Shown here piece after piece: positions 12,001 through 17,593 of a stretch of 64,000 bases of DNA. Made by a program: the position numbers and the translations under genes. Source of the DNA: Gammaproteobacteria bacterium (lineage in GTDB: Bacteria; Pseudomonadota; Gammaproteobacteria; Eutrophobiales; Eutrophobiaceae). The first letter of the stretch is position 1. Each line of letters begins with the position of its first letter. The notes beneath the pieces were generated by a model. The model ran no database searches and had not been told where the DNA came from. It saw only the letters and a program-made list of their open reading frames with translations. The DNA lies in assembly GCA_965200295.1 (NCBI GenBank), contig OZ241347.1, positions 3,244,639 through 3,308,638 of the forward strand, in the 5' to 3' direction.

Positions 12001-12622
12001 CACCGTGCAGGCCGAGACCGTGCGCACCGTGCGGGTGGGGGTAGCCGCCGGGGGCAGTCTGTCGGCCTTAGCCGCTCTGCCGGGCTTAACACTCACCCCA
12101 TCGCTGGCCGCACACCTGCGTGAAGACGCCGGCGACGGCCCGTCCGGGCGCGCCCTGGAGCTGGCCGGGGGGATAGACGCCGGGCATGGCCTGTGGCGTT
12201 TAACGCTCAAAGGGCGCGTATTGGCGATGCACAGTGAGGCGGCCTATCGTGAACAGGGCGCTGCGGCTACTTTAGCCCGCGGCCAGCCCGGCCAGTTAGG
12301 GCCGTCGCTCAGTGTCAGCGCCCGCTGGGGGGATAATGCCGGGGGTGGGAACACCTTGTGGGCTGAGCGGTTGCACTACCGCCGCGGTCAGACCGTCCGC
12401 CCGGCCTGGACTCTCGACACGCACGCCGGGTACGGCTGGCGTCTGCGTGGGGGCACTGAGCTGCTCGGCGCTGTGCGCGTCAGTCACGACGGCGCCGGCG
12501 CCGATGCCTTGCTGACCCTCGAGCTGCGCCCTGGCCTGGCATTGCGGGTTGCGCGCGCGGGGGCGGTTGAGACGTCCCGCCCGGCGCCCACCACACCGGC
12601 GCCTACCACAGCGGAGCCTTGA
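2..12622 (+). CDS. Giant repeat-rich surface/adhesin-like protein, 5'-truncated by the window edge. Contains Calx-beta-like, Ig-like and FN3 modules, a Gly/Pro/acidic linker and an autotransporter-like C-terminal beta-domain.
   Basis: A single 12.6-kb open frame that stays open back to base 2. Recurrent '...EGxxxxFTVxLxxxxxxxVTVxYxTxxGTAxxGxDY'-type Calx-beta-like modules. Five 294-bp Ig-like units. An FN3-like segment (PAAPTGLTATPGNARVFLNWTNP...YSFQIRALD). The C-terminal ~520 aa has alternating beta-strand-like motifs (RWTLWGQG, GYLGLDTALG, LSVSARWG). Confidence 0.85.
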   Translation, partial: TGDITVTGGAKGALTDGTDNYELSVTPTGDADVVITVAANAATDGVNTGPAGDVTATATWIPPGVTTAQPADRTVTEGDTSDTATFTVALATEPSSAVAVTVTAPAGLELDGPDSSTAFSSSETLSFATNAWSTPQTVRVRATDDSADSPRGRQLAVTYAATSSDGGYSGLTGTAATVTVIDDDATEVTLAGADGNVEEGDTKEFTLTLNRGLVNGEALPVPLNFGGAATRGTDYTTACPSPLPDGVTCNNLNTATTPTVTFTGPSTGATATSVTLTLSATGDSMEEGSETVTIGLGALDANSGSGLGGGASGSGSLDFSITDPNRAPTVDKALPDRQAPVGQAFSYQFPADAFTDADGDTLDYTATRGDGTALPTWLTFTEATRTFSGTPQSGNAGTLTVRVTADDGNGGTVQDTFTLVVAAAAATVSLGIDFPPLEGFDNNAEVKVSLSPTLSAEVEVYLSATDVTATKGDDYAAGTQTGPDGTTGLYKVTLAANTASATLSIALTNDTLLEGEETFTVAVADIVSTSVIGRAAPLTIAIGDDEHPFVASAYEVVVSEESGSREGSYTLRLYAEPTAEVTVAVVPAPSGVATAAPASLTFTADDWNVARTVTVTALDDDIVNPLNSTFGARGRLTEIRPTGTSDDGRFEGLARATAIFVNDDDTAGLAFTPAALTVPEGGSNTYTVALTSEPSATVTVAVAGASGEVTFDTGPADGVQTTPLTFTTDTWNTPQTVTVLAADDADTTNDSATLTHTASGGDYASVTGDLEVTVTDDDSPSVTLAVSAASITEGGTALTLTATRSEANASGAALEFPIRVKAAGTTAQPADYTLGAASISIPNNMSSGTTTFTAIDDNADEPAETVVVELHTPPSGTELGTATEVAITITDNDATAVTLSGDNFRVSEGRNDKTFTVALGRGLEAGEALTVPLTIAGTATRGTDYTLSCDSAIGVSCEDLNNTAMNNNPRVVFTGPDAGATAASVTLRVAAVDDGIWETNGETVDIGPGTPTGTGLGGGVAAPADNLPVFRILDPYGLVFTPAAINMNEGATVNYTVALSREPNLAVTVTVASDDSDVTFDTDSGMAGSQNTLGFTTSDWATGKTVTVSAAQDDDTADDSATLTHTGSGTGSLYEGVTGDLMVTVNDADADGVTVAETGGGTAVTEGGGDEDTFTVVLDTPPGGPAEVFAAAASGVELEGPDPNLDFSASERIGFSRQTGNPGGWDGPRTVRVRATAASENGTDAPGSRTAVEVTFTTNELGAGTAYDDLDVPALSVDVIDNDPTSVTLARTGGTGLVAEGGTATLTVTLGRDLIAGETVTAPLTVSGTGVTPGDYTLILASGGSLNNGVTLNAGSPYTAAQPAVVFTGSDTGTQQVATLTLTAATDGDANETLSIGFGSVTSNLDRADASTSGTGGTSTAGAPVAITVGTVDTAAPTATLTNVPAKINDRTPFTATVTFNEPVTGFIAGDITVAGGAKGAFTPVSTTEYTLVVTPAGGADVVVTVLADSATDGNSNTGPAAAVVETAVWDATAPTLDITGLPDKINDRTARTVTFTFSEAVTGFATGDVSVSGGAKGAFAGDDGDTEYTLLVTPAGSADIVVTVAANAATDGVNTGPASQQAETAEWDTTAPTLSITGLPDKINDRTARTVTFTFSEAVTGFATGDVTVSGGVKGAFTGGDGDTEYTLLVTPNDGADVTVTVAANAATDGANTGPASQQSETAEWDATTPTLAISGLPEKINDRTVRTVTFTFSEAVTGFATGDVSVSGGVKGAFTGGDGDTEYTLLVTPNDGADVTVTVAANAATDGANTAPASQQSETAEWDATAPTLEISGLPASIDSTAALTATFTFSEAVTGFAADDITVAGGTAGVFASTSATVYTLMVTPAGSANVVVTVRADAATDGLNTGPASAEEAAAAWEPPAAPTGLTATPGNARVFLNWTNPSDSDIDKYQVRQGTGTTVTWGEWTDIGSSTATTIAHTVTGLTNGTAYSFQIRALDGTAESTESNTAVATPAAALVFTPASLNVNEGMDRTYTVALASRPTGGVTVTVASDNTDVTVDTNSVMAGDQNTLSFSTTSWGTAQTVTVAAAQDVDTTNDTATLSHSATGGGYGSVTGDVTVTVTDDDSPSVTLSASAASITEGGTALTLTATRSAANTSGATLNFPIRVKTADTTAQGNDYTALAANIGILNNASTGTATFAVTDDNVDEPPETVVVELHTPPSGTVLGATREVEITLTDNDATAVTLSVPDASAAEGSSTDRATLRLSLDRALRAGESLGIPLAFTGGAVGTDFTLALSGSPTGVALSGSTVTFTGSGGGSATSADILLSASADADGTDETVTVGIPAASSGTPPILAAASLDGGATGRRTGDGQIVLSDTTPVVSFATSSGTVAENGGTRNVALSISPAPTATITVNYTVTGSATEDADFSITGSGTVTVAATAGSVNIPVVVTDDNADESAETVILTLSSGTGYAVGSANVHTLTLTDNDTPALVFSAPSLTVDEGSSATYMVKLATLPTGSVTVTVASDNTDVTVDTDTGTNGNQNTMSFSTTTWNTAQTVTVAAAQDDDTTNDTATLSHSATGGGYNSVTGNVAVTVTDDDSPSVTLSVSAASITEGGTVLTLTATRSEANTSGATLNFPIRVKTADTTAQGNDYTALAGSIGIANNDSSGTTTFAVTDDSNDEPPETVVIELHTPPSGTVLGATREVEITITDNDATTVTLAGAAGNVAEGDTKTFTVTLGRALVSGESLPVPLTFAGTATRNTDYTSACATATGVACQDLNNVAQGNNPRVTFTGPSANAVTLTLSATADNTAETGDETVDIDLGTLNANSGTGLGGGASGSTTLATFSITDPSALPVLTLSGGAAVTEGAAASFTVTAVPTPTSTLIINRNIADAPGADFLADTDEGDNDFWVFSSGQSSRTFTISTVADSVDEPSGPVTVTLRPRPSEYTLGAPASATVTVNDDDGDTTPVVSFAAGTGTVAENGGTRNVALSISPAPTATITVNYTVSGTAGSSDFSITGSGTVTVAATATSVNIPVAVTDDNADESAETVILTLSSGTGYTVGSTNVHTLTLTDNDTPALVFSAPSLTVDEGSSATYTVKLATEPTGSVTVTVASDNTDVTVDTDTGTNGNQSTLSFTTTTWDTAQTVTVAAGQDDDTTNDTATLTHSASGGGYNSVTGNVAVTVTDDDAPVVPVLTLRGGATVVEGSNAVFTVTASPAPASTLTINRNVADASGADFLAASVEGDTDTWRFPSGQTAQTFTIPTIGDSVDEPSGPITVTLRPRAGSYTLGTPATATVTVSDDDSGGDPEPDPTPDLDDNGGGGGGGGGGGGGGGGNPDPTPEPETEPEPEPDPTPAPDSDPTPGPLTLTLTVGGPGHTVAPAAPGAMASADSLVLALAPPPVTDRPGNTDDSGQGDAAGVTPAAPRRSSYQVRLGARPTGPVTLIPISSDPAVLAVGGPVRITPDEWTVPQRITLTPLAAGWVSITHRIRGGGYDGQSLPEVIVRVGDGGVDLRKTQSFDSDPAATAAGIVAPDPDGDDNGEGANADTEEGATDSGSDDGATDPEDGTADTDASDGTTDGEGATPAGDGDAGATDAEDTGTAGQTLDTEDGDGEGAAADADDADADAATPDTDTGVAENDLTPTTQAAPPAPPAPLPTGVLATLARGHLDSAHAVLGRRFTAGTNESERLTLAGRTLSLGALLGRDGPGGMSGATFNPDTLAPPYPGGLSWREATGRCVSWTTVACGTDVSSDPATPASGQAGLWETLVYQLLTGQLRGAGLNADALWRDSGFALTLGGSDAPGVAPTRRWTLWGQGHVHTLTGVAGSSVLDTALRTGYLGLDTALGESGRVGLALSQGDDASALRTVHPYLSWSHGALRVSALGGIGRSTGRSATRTGWESYREAGLGHRVTPRFDTVAGDALASAQADSAHGDTLSHHLTAQPLRLHLGRVDIARPLGALGGMTFDARADAAWAHLARTDEAGHTVQAETVRTVRVGVAAGGSLSALAALPGLTLTPSLAAHLREDAGDGPSGRALELAGGIDAGHGLWRLTLKGRVLAMHSEAAYREQGAAATLARGQPGQLGPSLSVSARWGDNAGGGNTLWAERLHYRRGQTVRPAWTLDTHAGYGWRLRGGTELLGAVRVSHDGAGADALLTLELRPGLALRVARAGAVETSRPAPTTPAPTTAEP

Positions 12623-12623
12623 C

Positions 12624-14504
12624 ATGACGATACTCATTGAGCCCCCCGCCCGGGACGCCCCGGCGAGCGCCGAGACCCCCTACCGCTTAAACGTCGGGCA
12701 GACCCTGCGCGGCGCCCTGTCTGACCGCAGTGACGAAGACCGGGTGGGCATTGACCTGCAGGCCGGGCAGACTTATACCCTCACCTTACACGGCATCGGC
12801 CCTAACCCGGTGAGCGATACTGTGCTGCGGGTGTATAACGCCGAGGGCGCCCAGGTGGCGCTCAATGACGATGCGGATGTGACCACCCGGCAGTTGTACT
12901 CGCAGCTGACCTTCACCCCGGACAGTGACGGGGTGTACTATCTCAGTGTGGCGGCTTATAGCGGCGTGGGGGCGACCGGGGGACGCTATGAGCTGCGCGT
13001 CTATGACGCCGCTAACGCCGCGCCCCGTACGGTGACCGGCACGGCCGGGGATGATGCGTTGTTAGCGGGCGGGCCGGGGGACGATACCTTACGGGGAGGC
13101 ATGGGGGACGATGTGCTGGTGGGTGGGCCGGGGGGCGATAGTCTCTCTGGCGGCCCGGGGCAGGACACGGCCTTTTATGGCTACGCCGGAGGTGGGGTGA
13201 CCGTGAACCTGACCACCGGGCAGGCCGAGGGCGCTGAGGCGCAGGGGGATGTCTTTGTGCCGGGGCCGCACACGGTCACGGATGTGTTAGGGCGCCCCCG
13301 GCGGTTGGTCGATATTGAGCATCTGCACGGCTCGGGCCATGCGGATGTGTTAACCGGCCATGCCTTAGCTAATACCTTACACGGCGATGCCGGGGAGGAT
13401 GTGCTGCATGGCGGGGCGGGCAATGACTGGCTCATTGGCGGGGCTGGGGGCGATGTCATTCACGGCGGGGTGGGCTTCGATACCGTGAGCTATGCCGGCT
13501 CCCCGGTGGGGGTGACGGTCAATCTGGCAGACGGCACGGGTACAGGCGGGGATGCACAGGGGGATACCTTCCCGGGCGTGAAGACGCTGCGGGCCACCGA
13601 TGCCGCCGGGCGCTTACAGCTCGTGCAGGTCTCTGACATTGAATACATAGACGGCTCGCCATACCCCGATACGCTGGTAGGAGACAGTGGCCCGAACCGG
13701 CTCGAAGGGCGCGGCGGGGATGACACCTTGCACGGCGGCGGCGGGGATGACTGGCTGGTCGGGGAGGCCGGGGGCGATGTCCTGCACGGCGGGGCGGGAG
13801 ACGATACCGCCTCGTACCGCAGCTCACCGGCGGGCGTGGTGGTGCGGCTGCACAGTGGGCAGGCGCGCGGTGGGGATGCTGAAGGGGATGCCTTCGCGCT
13901 GACGGACACTATAACGGTCACGGGTGAAGACGGCGCCACTATGACTGTCGCCGTGCCGGATATTGAGCATCTGCACGGCTCGGGCCATGCCGATGTGCTG
14001 GCCGGGGACGGGCGGGATAATGTGCTCGACGGCGGGGCTGGGGATGACATCCTCTACGGCGGGCCGGACGGCGGGGATGATACGCTCTGGGGCGGCGTGG
14101 GTGATGACCGGCTGTTCGGGGGGTTAGGGGATGATACCTTACGCGGGGGCGCCGGGGACGATACCCTCTGGGGCGGGCCGGGCGACGATGTGCTCGACGG
14201 CGGGCGCACGGGGGATGATAGCCTCAACGGCGGAACCGGTAATGATACCTTCATCTTTGCCCCCGGTGCCGGGGCAGATACCGTGGTGGACTTCGGGCGC
14301 GGCGACAACCGGCTGGACCTGCGCGCCTTTGACAGCATTACCTCGTTGGAAGACCTCAACCTGCAACCCGGCCCGGACGGGCTGCGTATTACCCTCCCCG
14401 GCTATGACGGCGACAGCATTACCCTGGCCGATGTCGATGCCGATGCGCTCAGCGAAGCAGCGCTTATCTTTGCCGATGCCGATGCGGACGCCCTGATGGG
14501 TTAA
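12624..14504 (+). CDS. RTX-type calcium-binding repeat protein with an N-terminal pre-peptidase-C-terminal (PPC)-like domain
   Basis: Many GGxGxD nonapeptide repeats (GGPGDDTLRGGMGDDVLVGGPGGDSLSGGPGQD and others). The N-terminus YRLNVGQTLRGAL...YYLSVAAYSG..GRYELRVYD is PPC-like. The ATG lies 1 nt after the stop of the giant gene. Confidence 0.85.
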   Translation: MTILIEPPARDAPASAETPYRLNVGQTLRGALSDRSDEDRVGIDLQAGQTYTLTLHGIGPNPVSDTVLRVYNAEGAQVALNDDADVTTRQLYSQLTFTPDSDGVYYLSVAAYSGVGATGGRYELRVYDAANAAPRTVTGTAGDDALLAGGPGDDTLRGGMGDDVLVGGPGGDSLSGGPGQDTAFYGYAGGGVTVNLTTGQAEGAEAQGDVFVPGPHTVTDVLGRPRRLVDIEHLHGSGHADVLTGHALANTLHGDAGEDVLHGGAGNDWLIGGAGGDVIHGGVGFDTVSYAGSPVGVTVNLADGTGTGGDAQGDTFPGVKTLRATDAAGRLQLVQVSDIEYIDGSPYPDTLVGDSGPNRLEGRGGDDTLHGGGGDDWLVGEAGGDVLHGGAGDDTASYRSSPAGVVVRLHSGQARGGDAEGDAFALTDTITVTGEDGATMTVAVPDIEHLHGSGHADVLAGDGRDNVLDGGAGDDILYGGPDGGDDTLWGGVGDDRLFGGLGDDTLRGGAGDDTLWGGPGDDVLDGGRTGDDSLNGGTGNDTFIFAPGAGADTVVDFGRGDNRLDLRAFDSITSLEDLNLQPGPDGLRITLPGYDGDSITLADVDADALSEAALIFADADADALMG

Positions 14505-14520
14505 GGTGCTGTTTCATCTA

Positions 14521-14552
14521 CTGGATGCCGGGTCAAGCCCGGCGTGACGAAC
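14521..14552. repeat. REP-like hairpin (ctggatgccgggtcaagcccggcgtgacgaac)
   Basis: Palindromic motif. It recurs at 17540-17571 and, inverted and diverged, at 59211-59245. Confidence 0.6.
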
Positions 14553-14641
14553 GAAGAGCGCCGACATGACAAACAATCCGCGCTAATCTGCGCCATCTGA
14601 GGGCAAAACACAAAAACGATCTGTGTTAATCTGTACAGCCT

Positions 14642-16414
14642 GTGAAAAACCATATCATGTACAGATTTTGCCTGTTATCAGGCCTGCTGTCCGGCTTGCT
14701 GTCCGCAGGCGCGACGGAGGTTTATCCCAAGGCGGATTGGCAGCCACGCCCGTCGCCGTTTGCCAGCGCTGACGCCTACCCTGGCGGGGAATTCAAATTC
14801 TGGTCGGGGCCGTTTCCCAAGAGTTTTAATTACTACCTGGACACCACTGTGACCTCCAGCCGGGTGTTCAACCTGTTGTTTGAAACCCTGCTCAGCAACA
14901 ACGGCCTGACGCTGGAGTTTGAACCGGGGCTGGCGGCATCCTGGTCGGTGTCGGCGGACCGGATGAACTTTGAGTTCCGGCTGGACGAGCGCGCCAGGTG
15001 GAGCGACGGCGTGCCGGTCAGCGCCCACGATGTGGCCTGGACTTACGCCGCAGTGATGAACCCGAAAAACCTCACCGGGCCGCACAAGATCAGTTTTGAG
15101 CGCTTTCATGCACCAGAGGTGATCGATGACCGGACAATACGCTTCACGGCCAGGGAAGTGCACTGGAAGAACCTGCTGGCGCTGGGGTCGTTCCACGTGC
15201 TGCCGGCGCATGTCTTCAAGGACCAGGATTTCAACAAAATCAACTTCGAGTTTCCGGTAGTGGCGGGGCCTTATACGGTGGAAACGATCCGGGAAGGGCG
15301 CGCGCTGATCCTCAAGCGCCGGGAAGACTGGTGGCAACGGCAGCTGCCGAGCGCTACCGGCATTGCCAATTTCGAGCGCCTGAAGTTCCGCTTTTTTGCC
15401 GAGCGGGAAAACGCGTTCGCCGAGTTCAAGACCGGCAACCTGGACTTCTACCCGGTCTATACGGCGTCGCGCTGGGCCGCGGAAACCCGCGGCGAGGCCT
15501 ACGACAACAACTGGATCATCAAGCAGGAGGTGTACAACTACAACCCCATCGGTTTCCAGGGCTTTGCCATGAACCTGCGCCGCGACAAGTTTGCCGACCG
15601 ACGCGTGCGCCTGGCCCTGGCACACCTGCTGAACCGGGAAAAAATGAACCGCACGCTGATGTATGAATCCTATTTTCTGCATCGCTGTTACTTCGAAGAC
15701 CTGTACGACGAGGACACGCCCTGTCGCGGGCCGGCGCTGCGCTTCGATAAGGAACAGGCCCGGCGCCTGCTGGCCGCAGCCGGCTGGCGCGCCGACCCGA
15801 ACACCGGCCTGCTGGGAAAAGACGGCCAACCCTTCATCATCCACTTCCTGACCCGCAACCAAACCTCGGACAAGTACCTGGCCATCTACCGGGAAGACCT
15901 CAATGATGTCGGCATTCAACTGGAGATCGTGCGCAAGGACTGGGCAGCCTGGGTGAAGGATATGGACGAGTTCAATTTCGATATGACCTGGGCGGCCTGG
16001 GGCGCGTCCATGTTCAAGGACCCGGAATCGCTGTGGCATTCCCGGGAAGCCGACCGCCCCGGCGGGCAGAACATCACCGGTTATAAAAACCCGGCGGTGG
16101 ATGCCATGATAGATGGCTTGCGCACCGAGTTTGACCTCAACCGGCGCCACGCCACCATCAGAGAGATTGACGCTATCTTAGCCAACGACATCCCCTATGT
16201 GCTGCTCTGGAACCTGAACTACCGGCGCCTGCTGTACTGGAACAAGTTCGGCATGCCGGACACCGTGCTACCCAAGTATGCCGGCGAGGCCGGCGCCTAC
16301 CTGTTCTGGTGGTACGACGAGGATGCTGTGGCGGATCTGGAATATGCACAGGAGACGCAACTGCCGTTGCCGGGACGGGACGCGGTGATCCGTTTTGATG
16401 AAGTCTTTAAGTAG
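14642..16414 (+). CDS. yejA: ABC transporter substrate-binding protein, family 5 (peptide/microcin type, YejA-like)
   Basis: 590 aa with an N-terminal signal-like segment. Family-5 SBP-like sequence, followed by YejB/E/F-like genes. GTG start. Confidence 0.8.
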   Translation: MKNHIMYRFCLLSGLLSGLLSAGATEVYPKADWQPRPSPFASADAYPGGEFKFWSGPFPKSFNYYLDTTVTSSRVFNLLFETLLSNNGLTLEFEPGLAASWSVSADRMNFEFRLDERARWSDGVPVSAHDVAWTYAAVMNPKNLTGPHKISFERFHAPEVIDDRTIRFTAREVHWKNLLALGSFHVLPAHVFKDQDFNKINFEFPVVAGPYTVETIREGRALILKRREDWWQRQLPSATGIANFERLKFRFFAERENAFAEFKTGNLDFYPVYTASRWAAETRGEAYDNNWIIKQEVYNYNPIGFQGFAMNLRRDKFADRRVRLALAHLLNREKMNRTLMYESYFLHRCYFEDLYDEDTPCRGPALRFDKEQARRLLAAAGWRADPNTGLLGKDGQPFIIHFLTRNQTSDKYLAIYREDLNDVGIQLEIVRKDWAAWVKDMDEFNFDMTWAAWGASMFKDPESLWHSREADRPGGQNITGYKNPAVDAMIDGLRTEFDLNRRHATIREIDAILANDIPYVLLWNLNYRRLLYWNKFGMPDTVLPKYAGEAGAYLFWWYDEDAVADLEYAQETQLPLPGRDAVIRFDEVFK

Positions 16415-16416
16415 TA

Positions 16417-17460
16417 ATGGAACGCACCCACTACATCATCAGACGCCTGCTGCTGGTCATTCCCACCTTTATCGGTATTACCTTTGCCTGTTTCGCGTTG
16501 TGCCAGTTCATCCCTGGCGGGCCCGTAGAGCAGGCGCTTATGACCATGCGCGGCATTGGCGAGGGGTCGGTGGACGCCGCCGCGAGCGCCGGGCCCAGCG
16601 GCATCTCGCCGGAGCAGCGCCAGGCGCTGGAGCGGCATTTCGGTTTTGACAAGCCGCTGCTGCAACGCTACTGGAAATGGCTGGCGCAAGACCGCATCGG
16701 CATGACGGTGAGCTCCTGGAAGTACCCCAACAAAACCGTGCTGGAGCTCATCGTAGAACGCTTTCCGGTATCGCTCATCTTCGGCCTTGCCGGGTTCTTT
16801 CTGACCTACCTGGTGTGTATTCCGCTGGGGGTGGCCAAGGCCATCCGCAACGGTTCCTGGTTCGATATCTCCAGCAGCGTGCTGGTGTTCATCGGTTACG
16901 CCATCCCCGCGTTTGCATTCGGTATGTTGCTGAAGATGATGCTGTCCGGCACCACCGAGGGGTTGTGGGACATCTTCCCGGTGAGCGGCTTTACCTCCGA
17001 GAACTTCGCCGAACTGTCCGTCGCAGACCAGGCCAAGGACCTGTTCATGCACATGTGCCTGCCGGTCACCTGCTACATGATCGGCAACTTCGCAGTGCTG
17101 ACCCTGCTCATGAAAAACAGCTTGCTGGAGCAGATCAGCCAGGATTACGTGCGCACCGTGCTGGCCAAGGGCGCCACTTTCCGGCGCGCAATATGGGGAC
17201 ATGCGTTCCGTAATTCATTGATCCCCATCGCCACTGGCTTTGGCAGCATCTTCACCCTGATCTTCGCCGGTTCAGTGCTGATAGAGAAGGTGTTTGAAAT
17301 CCCTGGCATGGGCCTGCTCAGTCTGGAGGCTATCGTCAGCCGCGACTACATGGTGTTCATGGGCATCCTGGCGCTGACTTCAATACTGGGACTGGTGGGC
17401 AGGATTTTTTCGGACCTCTGCTACATGTTCGTGGACCCGCGCATACATTTTGACGCATGA
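16417..17460 (+). CDS. yejB: ABC transporter permease (YejB-like)
   Basis: Polytopic membrane protein. N-terminus RRLLLVIPTFIGITF is typical of DppB/OppB/YejB permeases. Starts 3 nt after the SBP gene. Confidence 0.85.
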   Translation: MERTHYIIRRLLLVIPTFIGITFACFALCQFIPGGPVEQALMTMRGIGEGSVDAAASAGPSGISPEQRQALERHFGFDKPLLQRYWKWLAQDRIGMTVSSWKYPNKTVLELIVERFPVSLIFGLAGFFLTYLVCIPLGVAKAIRNGSWFDISSSVLVFIGYAIPAFAFGMLLKMMLSGTTEGLWDIFPVSGFTSENFAELSVADQAKDLFMHMCLPVTCYMIGNFAVLTLLMKNSLLEQISQDYVRTVLAKGATFRRAIWGHAFRNSLIPIATGFGSIFTLIFAGSVLIEKVFEIPGMGLLSLEAIVSRDYMVFMGILALTSILGLVGRIFSDLCYMFVDPRIHFDA

Positions 17461-17471
17461 TGCCTCATATT

Positions 17472-17571
17472 CCGTCATTCCCGTGCAGGCGGGAATCCAG
17501 TGCAGCAAAGGGTCGCCTCTCGGGCGACACCATATTTCACTGGATGCCGGGTCAAGCCTGGCATGACGAAC
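17472..17571. repeat. Cluster of three REP-like hairpins in the yejB-yejE spacer
   Basis: The hairpins are gtcattcccgtgcaggcgggaatcc, gtcgcctctcgggcgac and ctggatgccgggtcaagcctggcatgacgaac. Confidence 0.6.
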
Positions 17572-17593
17572 AACAAGGAGGCGGACCATTTTC

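Noticed and set aside
284-12637. Many long ORFs overlapping the giant gene on both strands and in alternative frames (e.g. 1853-6667 minus, 1604 aa; 284-1642 minus; 4006-6108 minus; 2869-5589 plus)
   Set aside because: They have the typical Arg/Gly/Ala-rich translations of out-of-frame or antisense reading in very G+C-rich DNA. Only the 2-12622 frame shows domain-like repeats.
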